From: Candidatus Sumerlaeaceae bacterium
GTDB taxonomy: Bacteria; Sumerlaeota; Sumerlaeia; Sumerlaeales; Sumerlaeaceae
Assembly: GCA_019695055.1 (NCBI GenBank)
Contig: JAIBAT010000150.1
Location: 35,543-99,542, forward strand
Direction: 5' to 3'
DNA length: 64,000 bases
The notes beneath the pieces were generated by a model. The model searched no databases and had not been told where the DNA came from. It saw nothing but the letters and a program-made list of their open reading frames with translations. This document shows, one piece after another, positions 49,810 to 59,120 of the stretch. Each line of letters opens with the position of its first letter. Positions within the stretch are counted from its first letter, which is position 1. The position numbers and the translations under genes are program-made.

Positions 49810-49857
49810 AAGATTAGACTACCACAGTGGGAGCCTGCCGATTTGCTCATCCCCAGC

Positions 49858-50565
49858 CTAGTCAACTCCAAGGTCCTGCAAAAACCGCGCCTCGGGAACG
49901 ATCTGCTCACGCCTCACGCCCAGCTGATCCTGAATAATGGTGCAAAGAGCCTCCCAAATTTCACTGTTAGTTTGGGGGCCGCCATTTGCCATTAGAAACC
50001 GCCGTTTGTTCTTTTCACAAGTCTCGGTGATCCAGTCCCTGATTGTGTACCTGGGCCCTGGGATGATAACATGAAATGGGATGGCTACCAGAGCTCCTAA
50101 AAGGAATCCGGGTAGAATCATTAGGCCTCCGAAGCGGATGGCCACTGGACTCAAGCCATCCCTTAGCACCACAGAGAGCCCTGGGAGGAGCGCCACAGCG
50201 GCGGCAAACCACAGACGCCATACTGGGAAAGCCCGCTGCGGTAATTTCAATCCACTCGCCTTTGATATCCTCGCCCACGGCAAATAAAACCATGCCGGGT
50301 GGACCAAGTCCCTCAATGGTCGGTCAAGCCGCACGTCTCGCCGAGCGGTCCCCATTACTGTCATCAACGCGTGACGCAGACGGTGAAACACGATCATGCT
50401 TTCGCACTCCGGACTACACTGAGTTCGCGGAGACGGTTGGTATTTCTTAAGGACCAATTCGTACAGGGCGCCGACCGTCACGCACTTTTCCGCCTCCTCG
50501 TCCGCGATGGCTATCCCGAAGGTCTCCTCCACCGCCATGATTAGTTCAACGCCGTCGAGCCCCAT
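49858..50565 (-). CDS. Membrane protein whose N-terminus resembles the C-terminal half of an acyl carrier protein and whose C-terminus resembles the N-terminal half of an ACP
   Basis: The N-terminus MGLDGVELIMAVEETFGIAIADEEAEKCVTV is approximately ACP helix II-III (sLDtVELvMALEEeFgieIpDEeAEKi.TV). The C-terminus EIWEALCTIIQDQLGVRREQIVPEARFLQDLGVD-stop is approximately ACP helix I (IEERVKKIIGEQLGVkqEEVtnnAsFvEDLGaDS). There are about 150 aa of hydrophobic sequence in between. An in-frame TGA lies 17 codons upstream of the ATG. Confidence 0.5.
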   Translation of the reverse strand: MGLDGVELIMAVEETFGIAIADEEAEKCVTVGALYELVLKKYQPSPRTQCSPECESMIVFHRLRHALMTVMGTARRDVRLDRPLRDLVHPAWFYLPWARISKASGLKLPQRAFPVWRLWFAAAVALLPGLSVVLRDGLSPVAIRFGGLMILPGFLLGALVAIPFHVIIPGPRYTIRDWITETCEKNKRRFLMANGGPQTNSEIWEALCTIIQDQLGVRREQIVPEARFLQDLGVD

Positions 50566-50685
50566 TTGCTTTTCTCGTAGGTCGCTTCCCGTGCCCGGTC
50601 AAGGTTAGATTGGACTCCCACCGGTGGCGGTCTGACTTGATCTTACTCCGGCCTCGCCTGAATCCCCACTCCACCGCAATGGTAA

Positions 50686-51153
50686 TTGCTTCCGTACGAA
50701 AGGGGGACTTTCGACATGAACCGCACCAATGTTAACGCGGTGGTAGATGCAGCATCCTTCATTCTGTTTTCCGCCCTCGCCTCCAGCGGCTTCGTCATGG
50801 CATTTGCCCTCGAACGACGCGGGCAGGGAGCCTCCATCTGGGGCATGAACCGCCACGACTGGAGCGACCTCCACTTCTGGATCGCCGTGGCATTTCTGGC
50901 GTCACTGGCCGTCCACTTCATTCTCCATTGGAGTTGGATTACCGCCGTGGCTCTGGGCAAACCCAGCCAACGGCACTGGTGGCGCACTGCCCTCGTCGGC
51001 ATCTCCACAGTCGCCCTCCTTGCCACCGCCACCGCCGCGGTCTTCTGGCCATCCACTCCCGGCGGCCCGGGATCCGGCGAAGGCCGCGGGGAAAGCGCGC
51101 GGCGTCAATACCGCGGAGGAGAGCATCGGGAAAGCGGCGGCGATAGAGATTAA
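50686..51153 (+). CDS. Hypothetical membrane protein
   Basis: 155 aa with three or four hydrophobic helices. The C-terminal tail is Gly/Arg-rich. Confidence 0.35.
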   Translation: MLPYERGTFDMNRTNVNAVVDAASFILFSALASSGFVMAFALERRGQGASIWGMNRHDWSDLHFWIAVAFLASLAVHFILHWSWITAVALGKPSQRHWWRTALVGISTVALLATATAAVFWPSTPGGPGSGEGRGESARRQYRGGEHRESGGDRD

Positions 51154-51207
51154 GGCAGTATCTATTGGGGATTGCAAGCTGCCCCCGTGCCAGGCTGAAC
51201 TGGTATT

Positions 51208-51837
51208 ATGTCTGGAAAACGCGTCCCCAAAATCATCCTCGAAGGCACCCGCCTGACCCACAAGACCGAGCTCGCCTTTGCCCTGAACGAGCACCCCCGC
51301 ATTGTCGGGCCACGAAAATACCGATACCACTCACCCGTAATTTCCGGAGAGTGGTGCGCCTTTACCAATTTCCCTTGGGGGCGCGGGCTTATTAATTTTG
51401 AGCCCCAGGAGGAGGCCATGGCCATGGAAACCTTCGCCACGTGGGCCCGGCTTTTCGAGTTGCAACGTTACTACTCGTGGATTGTGGACCGCTTTCATCT
51501 CTCCACCCGGGTGTTTCAATTGTCCGACCGCGGCCGGGACTACGATTTCCAATGGTTGGAAGATCGCCTGATCCCCCTCGGTTTCAGGATGGTACTGCTT
51601 TTTCGATCACCTGAAAGTTTTGCGTCCGCGCGTGAACTGCGGCTCAAAGTCTCAGGAAATCCCGGCCAGTATGATGACCTCGGCAGGTTCATTCGCGAAC
51701 AGGAAGTCTATGATCGCCTCGCGAACGAATCGCGACTTCCGCTTCTTCGTCTCGACATTTCTCACAACAGCATTTCCCGTGCTGCGGACGAAATTGCCGA
51801 TTGGTTGGAGCAAACGGGCGGGCTCTACGCGCCCTGA
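51208..51837 (+). CDS. Hypothetical protein, possibly P-loop kinase-like with a degenerate Walker A
   Basis: The N-terminus IILEGTRLTHKTELAFAL resembles the dNK/dTMP-kinase P-loop, but it has His where the conserved Gly normally is. Confidence 0.3.
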   Translation: MSGKRVPKIILEGTRLTHKTELAFALNEHPRIVGPRKYRYHSPVISGEWCAFTNFPWGRGLINFEPQEEAMAMETFATWARLFELQRYYSWIVDRFHLSTRVFQLSDRGRDYDFQWLEDRLIPLGFRMVLLFRSPESFASARELRLKVSGNPGQYDDLGRFIREQEVYDRLANESRLPLLRLDISHNSISRAADEIADWLEQTGGLYAP

Positions 51838-51914
51838 CCGGCTGGGGAACGCCATTTTGCCACAATCTCCAACATCCACTTGAAAGCAACAATTTCCAGA
51901 CGTAGCTACGAGTC

Positions 51915-54371
51915 GTGATGCGATTCGATAGGCACCCAAATCCTTTACGCCTTGCACGGATCACGCTTTTGTTCACGTTGGCTTGGTTTTCGGCCGCTTC
52001 CCTTGTAGCCGACACACCAAAAACTCCAACCGCAGGGGCTTCTCGCCCACCGGTCACCATTCAATTCTGGGGTCTCCCCGAAAACGGCCTCTACCAGGGA
52101 CTGATTCGCGCCCTTTCGGATTTCGAGGCACAACACCCCGCCGTTAAAGTGGAACGCGGGTCCACCGGCGGCCAACAGGCCGGCATGGATCCACAGAAGC
52201 TCATGACCTCATTCGTCGCAGGCACCCCGCCGGACCTCGTTTACATGGATCGTTTCGAGCTGGCAGGGTGGGCCGCCCGCGGCGTCTTCCGCCCTTTGGA
52301 CGACCTCTTTGAAAGCGACAAAATCGACCGCGAGGACATCTACCCGGCGTGTCTCGGAGAAGTCGTTTACGACGGCAAGATTTACGGCATGCCCTGGAAC
52401 ACCGATTCACGCGTGCTCTGGGTCAATATGGACATCCTCGAGAAGGCTGGCTATACCACCCCTCCGGGCGACTGGGACGAGCTTCGCACCATGGCCGGCA
52501 AGCTCACCGTCCGAGACAGCCATGGCAGGATCGAGCGAGTGGGATTCGCGCCTCTCATTGGCAACTCCTGGCTTTATCTTTTCGGGTGGCTGAACGGCGG
52601 CGAGTATGTGTCCCCCGATGGCCGCACCATCACCATGACCAACCCGCAGGTGGTGGGGGCCCTCGAATGGATGGACGGCACCTACAAGTCCATCGGCGGA
52701 TATACCGCCATTGGCGACTTCGCAGCTTCAGCCCAAAGCGAGGGGGTGTCCGATCCATTCCTTGCCGGCAAGATTGTCATGAAGATAGACGGAAATTGGA
52801 ATCTGGATTACGTCGCCAAGTTCAAACCGGACATGAATTTCCGCCTTGTGCCGCCCCCCGCTCCCAGGGGGCATCCCAGCGTCTCCTGGTCTGGTGGCTT
52901 CTGCTGGAGTATTCCGCGGAATGCTCCTCACCTTAAGGAAGCTTGGATGCTCGCCAGGTTCCTCAGCTCCGAGGAGTGCTGGCTGAAATATGGCGCGTAT
53001 CAGGAGGAAGCCAATCGCAGGAAGGCCGCGGCACAAGGCCTGAAAGCGGGATTCTATATTCCCCAACTCTCCAGCTCGAAAAGCGTGAACAAAGCCCAAT
53101 TGGCAAAGTTTGGCGCCACCATGCCACCGCGTGTGCGGGAAGGATTTGAGGTTTGTGTCGACACACTGAACGTCTGTCTCAATCGTCCGGTGATTCCCGT
53201 CGGGCGTCAACTTTGGGATGAACTCGCCCGCGCCACCGACCAGGTCTTGAGCACCGGCGCCAACGCGCAAGCGGCCCTCGAAACCGGACAGCGACGGGTT
53301 CAGGCAGAGTTGGATCGCCACTACACCCCGAATCCAGCCCCCACGTTTTCCATGGGCAAGGCGGTGTTGGCTGGGTTCGCCATTGTCATGGCAGGCATCT
53401 TTGCCGTTTGGGGCGCTGCCGGAGCCCGGTGGCACTGGACCCCGCGCACTCGCGCCGAGGCACGCGCCGGCCTTGTCTTTGCCTCGCCCTGGCTCGTCGG
53501 TTTTTTCGCGCTGATGCTGGGTCCAATGCTGGCGTCGCTCATCATGTCCTTGTCAGAATACAATGTGATTACCTCGGCTCGCTGGGTTGGCCTTGGGAAT
53601 TTCGCAAGAATGTTCGGGTCCACGACCACGAGCGATGGCGCCAGCGCCCCCACCGATCCCCTGTTCTGGAAATCCCTCAAAAACACGCTCTTCGCCACCG
53701 CCGTTGGGGTACCGCTCGGAATCGTCGTCAGCCTTGGCCTTGCCCTGCTCGTGAACAAGGAAGTCCGCGGCATCCGCCTTTATCGCACCCTTTTCTACCT
53801 ACCGGTCGTGGTGCCCGCCGTGAGCACGGCAATTCTCTGGATGTGGCTCTTGAACAATGAAACAGGCCTCACGGGCGCTTTGCTTTCCCCGATTCTCAAG
53901 TGGTTCGGCCATGAACCCATCTCATTTTTTGCCGACCCCAACTATGCCGGCCTCGGTGTGGTGCTGATGGTGACCTGGGGCGCCGGGGGCAGCATGGTCA
54001 TTTGGCTCGCCGGGCTGAAAGGCATTCCGTCCACCTATTATGAGGCAGCCTCCATCGACGGCGCCGGCCGCATCAGCCAGTTCTTCCGCATTACTCTTCC
54101 CCTGCTGTCGCCCTATATGTTCTTTAATGTCATCATGGGCATCATCGGGTGGCTCCAGATCTTCACCCAGGCATATGTAATTGTCGTTCCGCCACCATAC
54201 GGCCCCGACGACTCGCTGCTCTACTATGTCATGTATTTGTTTGTGCACGGGTTCCAGTACTTCAACATGGGGTACGCCTGCGCCATGGCATGGGTGCTGT
54301 TCGTCATCGTCGCGCTCCTGACCCTTTTCCAGTTCAAGATCGCCCCGCGGTGGGTGCATTATGACCAGTAA
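51915..54371 (+). CDS. Fusion of an ABC substrate-binding protein (family 1) to an ABC permease (MalF/UgpA-like)
   Basis: It has a signal peptide, about 450 aa of binding-protein-like sequence and a bridging TM helix (AVLAGFAIVMAGIFAVWGAA). A permease follows (ARAGLVFASPWLVGFFALMLGPMLASL...) with the EAA loop EAASIDGAGRISQFFRITLPLL. It is one continuous 818-aa ORF. Confidence 0.7.
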   Translation: MMRFDRHPNPLRLARITLLFTLAWFSAASLVADTPKTPTAGASRPPVTIQFWGLPENGLYQGLIRALSDFEAQHPAVKVERGSTGGQQAGMDPQKLMTSFVAGTPPDLVYMDRFELAGWAARGVFRPLDDLFESDKIDREDIYPACLGEVVYDGKIYGMPWNTDSRVLWVNMDILEKAGYTTPPGDWDELRTMAGKLTVRDSHGRIERVGFAPLIGNSWLYLFGWLNGGEYVSPDGRTITMTNPQVVGALEWMDGTYKSIGGYTAIGDFAASAQSEGVSDPFLAGKIVMKIDGNWNLDYVAKFKPDMNFRLVPPPAPRGHPSVSWSGGFCWSIPRNAPHLKEAWMLARFLSSEECWLKYGAYQEEANRRKAAAQGLKAGFYIPQLSSSKSVNKAQLAKFGATMPPRVREGFEVCVDTLNVCLNRPVIPVGRQLWDELARATDQVLSTGANAQAALETGQRRVQAELDRHYTPNPAPTFSMGKAVLAGFAIVMAGIFAVWGAAGARWHWTPRTRAEARAGLVFASPWLVGFFALMLGPMLASLIMSLSEYNVITSARWVGLGNFARMFGSTTTSDGASAPTDPLFWKSLKNTLFATAVGVPLGIVVSLGLALLVNKEVRGIRLYRTLFYLPVVVPAVSTAILWMWLLNNETGLTGALLSPILKWFGHEPISFFADPNYAGLGVVLMVTWGAGGSMVIWLAGLKGIPSTYYEAASIDGAGRISQFFRITLPLLSPYMFFNVIMGIIGWLQIFTQAYVIVVPPPYGPDDSLLYYVMYLFVHGFQYFNMGYACAMAWVLFVIVALLTLFQFKIAPRWVHYDQ

Positions 54372-55200
54372 CCCACGGATTGCCGCGTGGATGCGCCAGG
54401 GAACCCTGATTGCATTCTCCCTGCTTTTCGCACTCCCCTTCCTTGGCATGATGGCCACCAGCCTCAAGGAAGAGGCCCAGATCCAAACCTTTGGCGGATT
54501 CTTCTCCCTCTTCTGGCCACGTCCGATTCGGTGGGAAAACTACACCGAGGTTTTCGAGTTTGTCCCTTTCGCGCGCTATATCCTGAACACAGCGTGGGTG
54601 ACCCTGATGTCCGTCATCGGCACGGCGCTCTCCTGCAGTTGCGCGGCCTATGCCTTCGGCCGACTCCGCTGGCCAGGGCGCGACGTCTTCTTTGCCGTCC
54701 TGATTGCCACCATGATGCTTCCCGCACAGGTCACCCTCGTCCCCCTGTTTCTTGTTTTTTCGGGCATGGGTTGGGCAAACTCCTTCAAGCCCCTCTGGGT
54801 TCCTTCCTTCTTTGGTGTGGCCTTCTACATCTTCTTGCTCCGACAGTTTTTCCTCACCATTCCCCGCGATCTCGAGGAGGCTGCCGAGATCGACGGTTGC
54901 GGCTACGGACGCATCTTCTGGACCATCCTCATGCCCCTGATGAAGCCCGCCCTGCTCGCCGTCATGGTATTCCAATTCCTTGCCACATGGAACGACTTCG
55001 TGGGCCCCATGGTCTATCTGAACCGCCCCGACCTGCTGACGCTCGCCATCGGGCTTCAGGCCTTCCGCAGCCTCCACGGCGCGCAGTGGGGCTTGCTCCT
55101 GGCAGCCTCCACCATTATGACGCTCCCGGTCGTCATCCTTTTCTTTGCCGCACAAAAATACTTCGTGGAAGGCATCACCCTGACCGGCCTCAAATCCTGA
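54361..55200 (+). CDS. ABC transporter permease (MalG/UgpE-like)
   Basis: Six TM helices. The EAA loop is EEAAEIDGCGYGRIFWTILMPL. It overlaps the upstream gene by 11 bp. Confidence 0.8.
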   Translation: MTSNPRIAAWMRQGTLIAFSLLFALPFLGMMATSLKEEAQIQTFGGFFSLFWPRPIRWENYTEVFEFVPFARYILNTAWVTLMSVIGTALSCSCAAYAFGRLRWPGRDVFFAVLIATMMLPAQVTLVPLFLVFSGMGWANSFKPLWVPSFFGVAFYIFLLRQFFLTIPRDLEEAAEIDGCGYGRIFWTILMPLMKPALLAVMVFQFLATWNDFVGPMVYLNRPDLLTLAIGLQAFRSLHGAQWGLLLAASTIMTLPVVILFFAAQKYFVEGITLTGLKS

Positions 55201-55242
55201 CGGAATGAGCCCGCCTCGCCCCCTGTAGGCCAATTCAAGTCC

Positions 55243-56991
55243 ATGAACCGCCTCGCCGCCCTGCTCCCCTACGTAATGCGCCACAAGTTACGCATCCTTG
55301 CCGGCTTGATCTTCATAATTATCACCAACTATCTGGCAGTCCGGGTGGCGCGGGTCGTAGGCAACGCCACGGATGCCATGAAAACTCCCGGAGCCACTTC
55401 CCACGATTTCCTGATGTTTGCCCTGTGGATTGTGGGCCTCACATTCGTGGCCGGCACCATGCGCTTCTTTACGCGCCAATGGATCGTCGGCGCTTCCCGC
55501 GATTTCGAGTTCGAGTTCCGCAACGAAATCTTCCGCAAACTCCAGTCGCTGACTCCATCCTTTTACGACCGCCAGCGCACCGGCGAGTTGATGACTCTTG
55601 CCACCAACGACGTAGAAGCCGTCCGCCTTGTGATGGGGCCAGGCATCATGCAGTTCTGCAATTCCGTTATCATCCTGCCGCTGGCGGTGGGCCGCATGAT
55701 GCTCATCAACTGGTGGCTGACGCTGATCACCATGCTCCCCGTGGCCCTTGTACCAATTTTTGTCAATTATTTTGGCAACCGCATTCACCGACGTTTTCGC
55801 GCCGTGCAGGACAACTTTGCCTCCCTGAGCGCCATGGTTCAGGAGAATCTTGCCGGGATGCGCGTCGTAAAGGCCTTCGTCCAGGAGCAGCCCCAGAAGG
55901 ACAAGTTCAACGCCATGAGCGAGGACTATGTCGGGCTGAACATGAAACTGGCACGCGTCCAGGCCGGCTTTTTCCCCGTCCTTCGAATGCTCCTGGGCCT
56001 GTCCATGGTCCTGCTTATCCTGGTAGGCGGCCAGTTGGTGCTAAGCAACCAAATTACCGTCGGTAATCTTGTGGAGTTCTCCCTCATCGAATTGATGATG
56101 TTCTGGCCGCTCATCGCCCTGGGGTGGACCATCAGCCTGATGCAGCGTGGCGCAGCAAGCCTCGAGCGCATCGAGGAAATCATGAAACTGGAACCGGAAG
56201 TGCTGACGGAGGGCACAAGCGCGAACGCCTCCATATCTCGAGGGGAAGTCGAGCTCAGGAACCTTAACTTCCGCTACCGCCCGGAACTGCCGCTGGTTCT
56301 CAAGGATATCTCCTTTTACCTCAAACCCGGTGCCCGGCTCGGAATTATCGGACCAACGGGCAGCGGCAAGAGCAGCCTCGCCAGCCTGTTGGTACACCTC
56401 TACAAGGTGGACCGGGGACAGATCCTGCTCGACGGGTCCGACATCAATGACATTCCATTAACCGAGTTGAGGGACCGAGTCAGCTTGGTATTTCAGGAAA
56501 CCTTCCTCTTCAGTGACACCATCGCCAACAACATCGCATTTGGCCTCGACGAACCCGACGAGGATGAAATCCGCGGGGTGGCCCGCCAGGCCCACATCGC
56601 AGAGGAAATCGAAAGATTCCCGGCGGGCTATGGAACCATGCTCGGCGAGCGCGGCATCAACCTATCCGGCGGGCAGAAGCAGCGGACCGCGATTGCCCGG
56701 GCCATCGTCCGCGACCCAAGAATCCTGATTCTCGACGATGCCCTGTCCGCAGTCGACACGGAAACCGAAGGCCGAATCATCGATTCGCTGGAGGAGGTCC
56801 TGAAAGGGCGAACGGCCATTATTATCGCCCACCGAATCTCCGCTGTGCGCCATTGCGATGAGATCATCGTCCTGAGCGAGGGCGCCATCGCTGAACGGGG
56901 AACCCACGACGAACTGGTGGCACTGGGTGGCCTCTACGAGTCCATCCACCAGAACCAGTTGCTGGCTGACGCCGTGGAAGCCGACGCCTGA
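55243..56991 (+). CDS. ABC exporter, fused TMD-NBD (MsbA/lipid-A-exporter-like)
   Basis: An N-terminal 6TM domain is present. Walker A is GPTGSGKSS. The ABC signature is LSGGQKQRTAIARA. Walker B is ILILDDALSAVD. Confidence 0.8.
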   Translation: MNRLAALLPYVMRHKLRILAGLIFIIITNYLAVRVARVVGNATDAMKTPGATSHDFLMFALWIVGLTFVAGTMRFFTRQWIVGASRDFEFEFRNEIFRKLQSLTPSFYDRQRTGELMTLATNDVEAVRLVMGPGIMQFCNSVIILPLAVGRMMLINWWLTLITMLPVALVPIFVNYFGNRIHRRFRAVQDNFASLSAMVQENLAGMRVVKAFVQEQPQKDKFNAMSEDYVGLNMKLARVQAGFFPVLRMLLGLSMVLLILVGGQLVLSNQITVGNLVEFSLIELMMFWPLIALGWTISLMQRGAASLERIEEIMKLEPEVLTEGTSANASISRGEVELRNLNFRYRPELPLVLKDISFYLKPGARLGIIGPTGSGKSSLASLLVHLYKVDRGQILLDGSDINDIPLTELRDRVSLVFQETFLFSDTIANNIAFGLDEPDEDEIRGVARQAHIAEEIERFPAGYGTMLGERGINLSGGQKQRTAIARAIVRDPRILILDDALSAVDTETEGRIIDSLEEVLKGRTAIIIAHRISAVRHCDEIIVLSEGAIAERGTHDELVALGGLYESIHQNQLLADAVEADA

Positions 56992-57087
56992 CGGCGATAA
57001 TCCCGGCTCAAATGAACAAGACGGGCCACCCACCATGGTGAGAGACCCGTCCTGAAAGCTACAACGACCTGTAAAATCTGCCGAAAT

Positions 57088-57243
57088 TAAATCGGCATGG
57101 TGGTCATGCCATCTGCTGCGCCAGCGCCAGGCGCAGGAGCAACCGGGCTGGTTACATACGGTTTCAGCTTGGGCCAGCCATAAAGTCCAACAAGGGCCAG
57201 CGCGAGAACGATCAGGATTACCCCTACGACGTTCTTGTTCATT
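57088..57243 (-). CDS. Unlisted 51-aa small hydrophobic protein
   Basis: Translated by hand from the minus strand: MNKNVVGVILIVLALALVGLYGWPKLKPYVTSPVAPAPGAGAADGMTTMPI. It has a single TM helix and is below the 60-aa ORF-track cutoff. Confidence 0.3.
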
Positions 57244-57492
57244 CTTCCATAACTCCCTGGAAATGTATAAATAGACCTCTAAAAGAGACTGGGGTAGGCA
57301 TTTCCCCCCCTGAATGCAAGCATCCATTTGCGTTGGCGGGGTTTTTTTCTGGGCTCAGTTCGGGCAACCGAAAGCCCACTTTTTCGGCACGGTCGTGGTT
57401 GACAGCCGTTCCTGCCACCGAACAATCCACCATTCCAATCATGAACGGCCCCCCAAAGGCGGTCGTTTGGCAAGAAAGGTTTCTGGTATTCC

Positions 57493-58365
57493 ATGAGCAT
57501 TTTGGTGGATCGCGACACACGGCTGATCATTCAGGGCATCTCGGGCAACGAGGGCAAGTTTCACGGGCAGCAGATGATTGCCTATGGCACCAAGGTGGTG
57601 GGCGGGGTGGTGCCCGGCCGTGGCGGCGAAACCGTGCTGGACGTGCCGGTGTTCAATACCATGAAGGACGCCGTGGCCGCCACGGAGGCCAATACATCCG
57701 TTGTCTACGTGCCCGCAGCCTTTGCGGCCGACGCGGCGCTGGAATCCATCGACAGCGGCGTTAAGCTGGTCGTCATCATCACCGAAGGCCTGCCAACCCT
57801 CGACATGATGAAAGTTTATTGGTTCGCCCGCCAGCGCGGTGTGGTCGTGATCGGCCCCAACTGCCCCGGAATCATCTCCCCGGGCAAGGCCAAGGTCGGC
57901 ATCATGCCTGGTCACATCCATAAGGAGGGCCGGATCGGCCTTATTTCGCGCAGCGGCACACTTACCTATGAGGTCGTCAAGGAACTCACCCTCTACGGTT
58001 TGGGGCAGTCCACCGGCATCGGCATCGGTGGCGATCCCATCATCGGGACCAGTTTCGTGGACGCCCTTGGAATGTTTGAGAAGGATCCCGACACCGACGC
58101 CGTGGTCATGCTGGGCGAGATCGGCGGCACGGATGAGGAAACGGCGGCTGAATTTGTGAAAACGAAGATGACCAAGCCGGTGGTAGGTTTCATCGCGGGG
58201 CTGACCGCGCCCCCAGGAAAACGCATGGGCCACGCCGGCGCCATCATCTCGGGCGGCAAGGGAACAGCGACGGAAAAAATCGCCGCGCTGAACGCCGCCG
58301 GCATTCCCGTGGCCGAACGGCCCGATCAGGTCGCCGGCCTCGTGAAAGCCAAGCTGAAGCTTTAG
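57493..58365 (+). CDS. sucD: Succinate--CoA ligase [ADP/GDP-forming] subunit alpha
   Basis: 290 aa. It begins [45 protein letters not shown]. The phospho-His region is SRSGTLTYE. No sucC is upstream. Confidence 0.85.
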   Translation: MSILVDRDTRLIIQGISGNEGKFHGQQMIAYGTKVVGGVVPGRGGETVLDVPVFNTMKDAVAATEANTSVVYVPAAFAADAALESIDSGVKLVVIITEGLPTLDMMKVYWFARQRGVVVIGPNCPGIISPGKAKVGIMPGHIHKEGRIGLISRSGTLTYEVVKELTLYGLGQSTGIGIGGDPIIGTSFVDALGMFEKDPDTDAVVMLGEIGGTDEETAAEFVKTKMTKPVVGFIAGLTAPPGKRMGHAGAIISGGKGTATEKIAALNAAGIPVAERPDQVAGLVKAKLKL

Positions 58366-59120
58366 GGTTCCGCCGCGACCGACTGCGTCAAGTCGAGGAA
58401 CAGCTCTTCGAGGTTTGCGTCGCGCTTTTGATGCACACGCAATTCTTCGATGGTTCCCAGGAACTGCAGTTTGCCACGGTTGATGATCCCAATCCGGTCC
58501 GCCAATTCCTCGGTTATGGAAAGCACGTGCGTGGACAGGAAGATCGTGCGCCCCATCTCCACCTGAAGGTGAAACAGATCCTTCACGATTCGCGCGCTCT
58601 GCGGGTCAAGCCCCACCATCGGCTCGTCCACGATGATGATCTCCGGGTCATGCATCAGCGACGCGCTGATGACCAGCTTCTGCCGCATGCCGTGGCTGTA
58701 GTTCTCAATTAGCTTGTCCGCGGCCGACAACAGGGAGAACATCTTGAAAAAATACTCCAGCTTCTCATCCTGTTGATCACGGGGCACCCCAAAAAGGTCC
58801 CCGACAAACCGGAAGAAATCCCGGCCCGAGAGTTTCTCGTAGAGATAGGGGTGATCGGGAATGTACCCGATGCGGCGTTTAGCCTCGACAGGGTTTTGTT
58901 GAACATCGTAGCCCGCCACAAGAGTTCGACCGGAACTTGGCCGCACCAGACCCGTGAGGATTTTGATGGTCGTGGTCTTGCCGGCGCCATTGGGACCGAG
59001 AAACGAGAAGAACTCACCGCGGGGAATGGACAGATTCAGATTGTTAACCGCGACCAGATCCTCGTAATTCTTGGTCAGGTTCTCAATCAGGATTCCCGGC
59101 GACTTTGTTTCCTCGGTCAT
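58362..59120 (-). CDS. ABC transporter ATP-binding protein (ABC-2/CcmA-like)
   Basis: Walker A is GPNGAGKTT. The signature-like sequence is LSGRDFFRF and the Walker B sequence is IIIVDEP. The ATGA overlap with the upstream DsbD-like gene indicates translational coupling. Confidence 0.75.
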   Translation of the reverse strand: MTEETKSPGILIENLTKNYEDLVAVNNLNLSIPRGEFFSFLGPNGAGKTTTIKILTGLVRPSSGRTLVAGYDVQQNPVEAKRRIGYIPDHPYLYEKLSGRDFFRFVGDLFGVPRDQQDEKLEYFFKMFSLLSAADKLIENYSHGMRQKLVISASLMHDPEIIIVDEPMVGLDPQSARIVKDLFHLQVEMGRTIFLSTHVLSITEELADRIGIINRGKLQFLGTIEELRVHQKRDANLEELFLDLTQSVAAEP

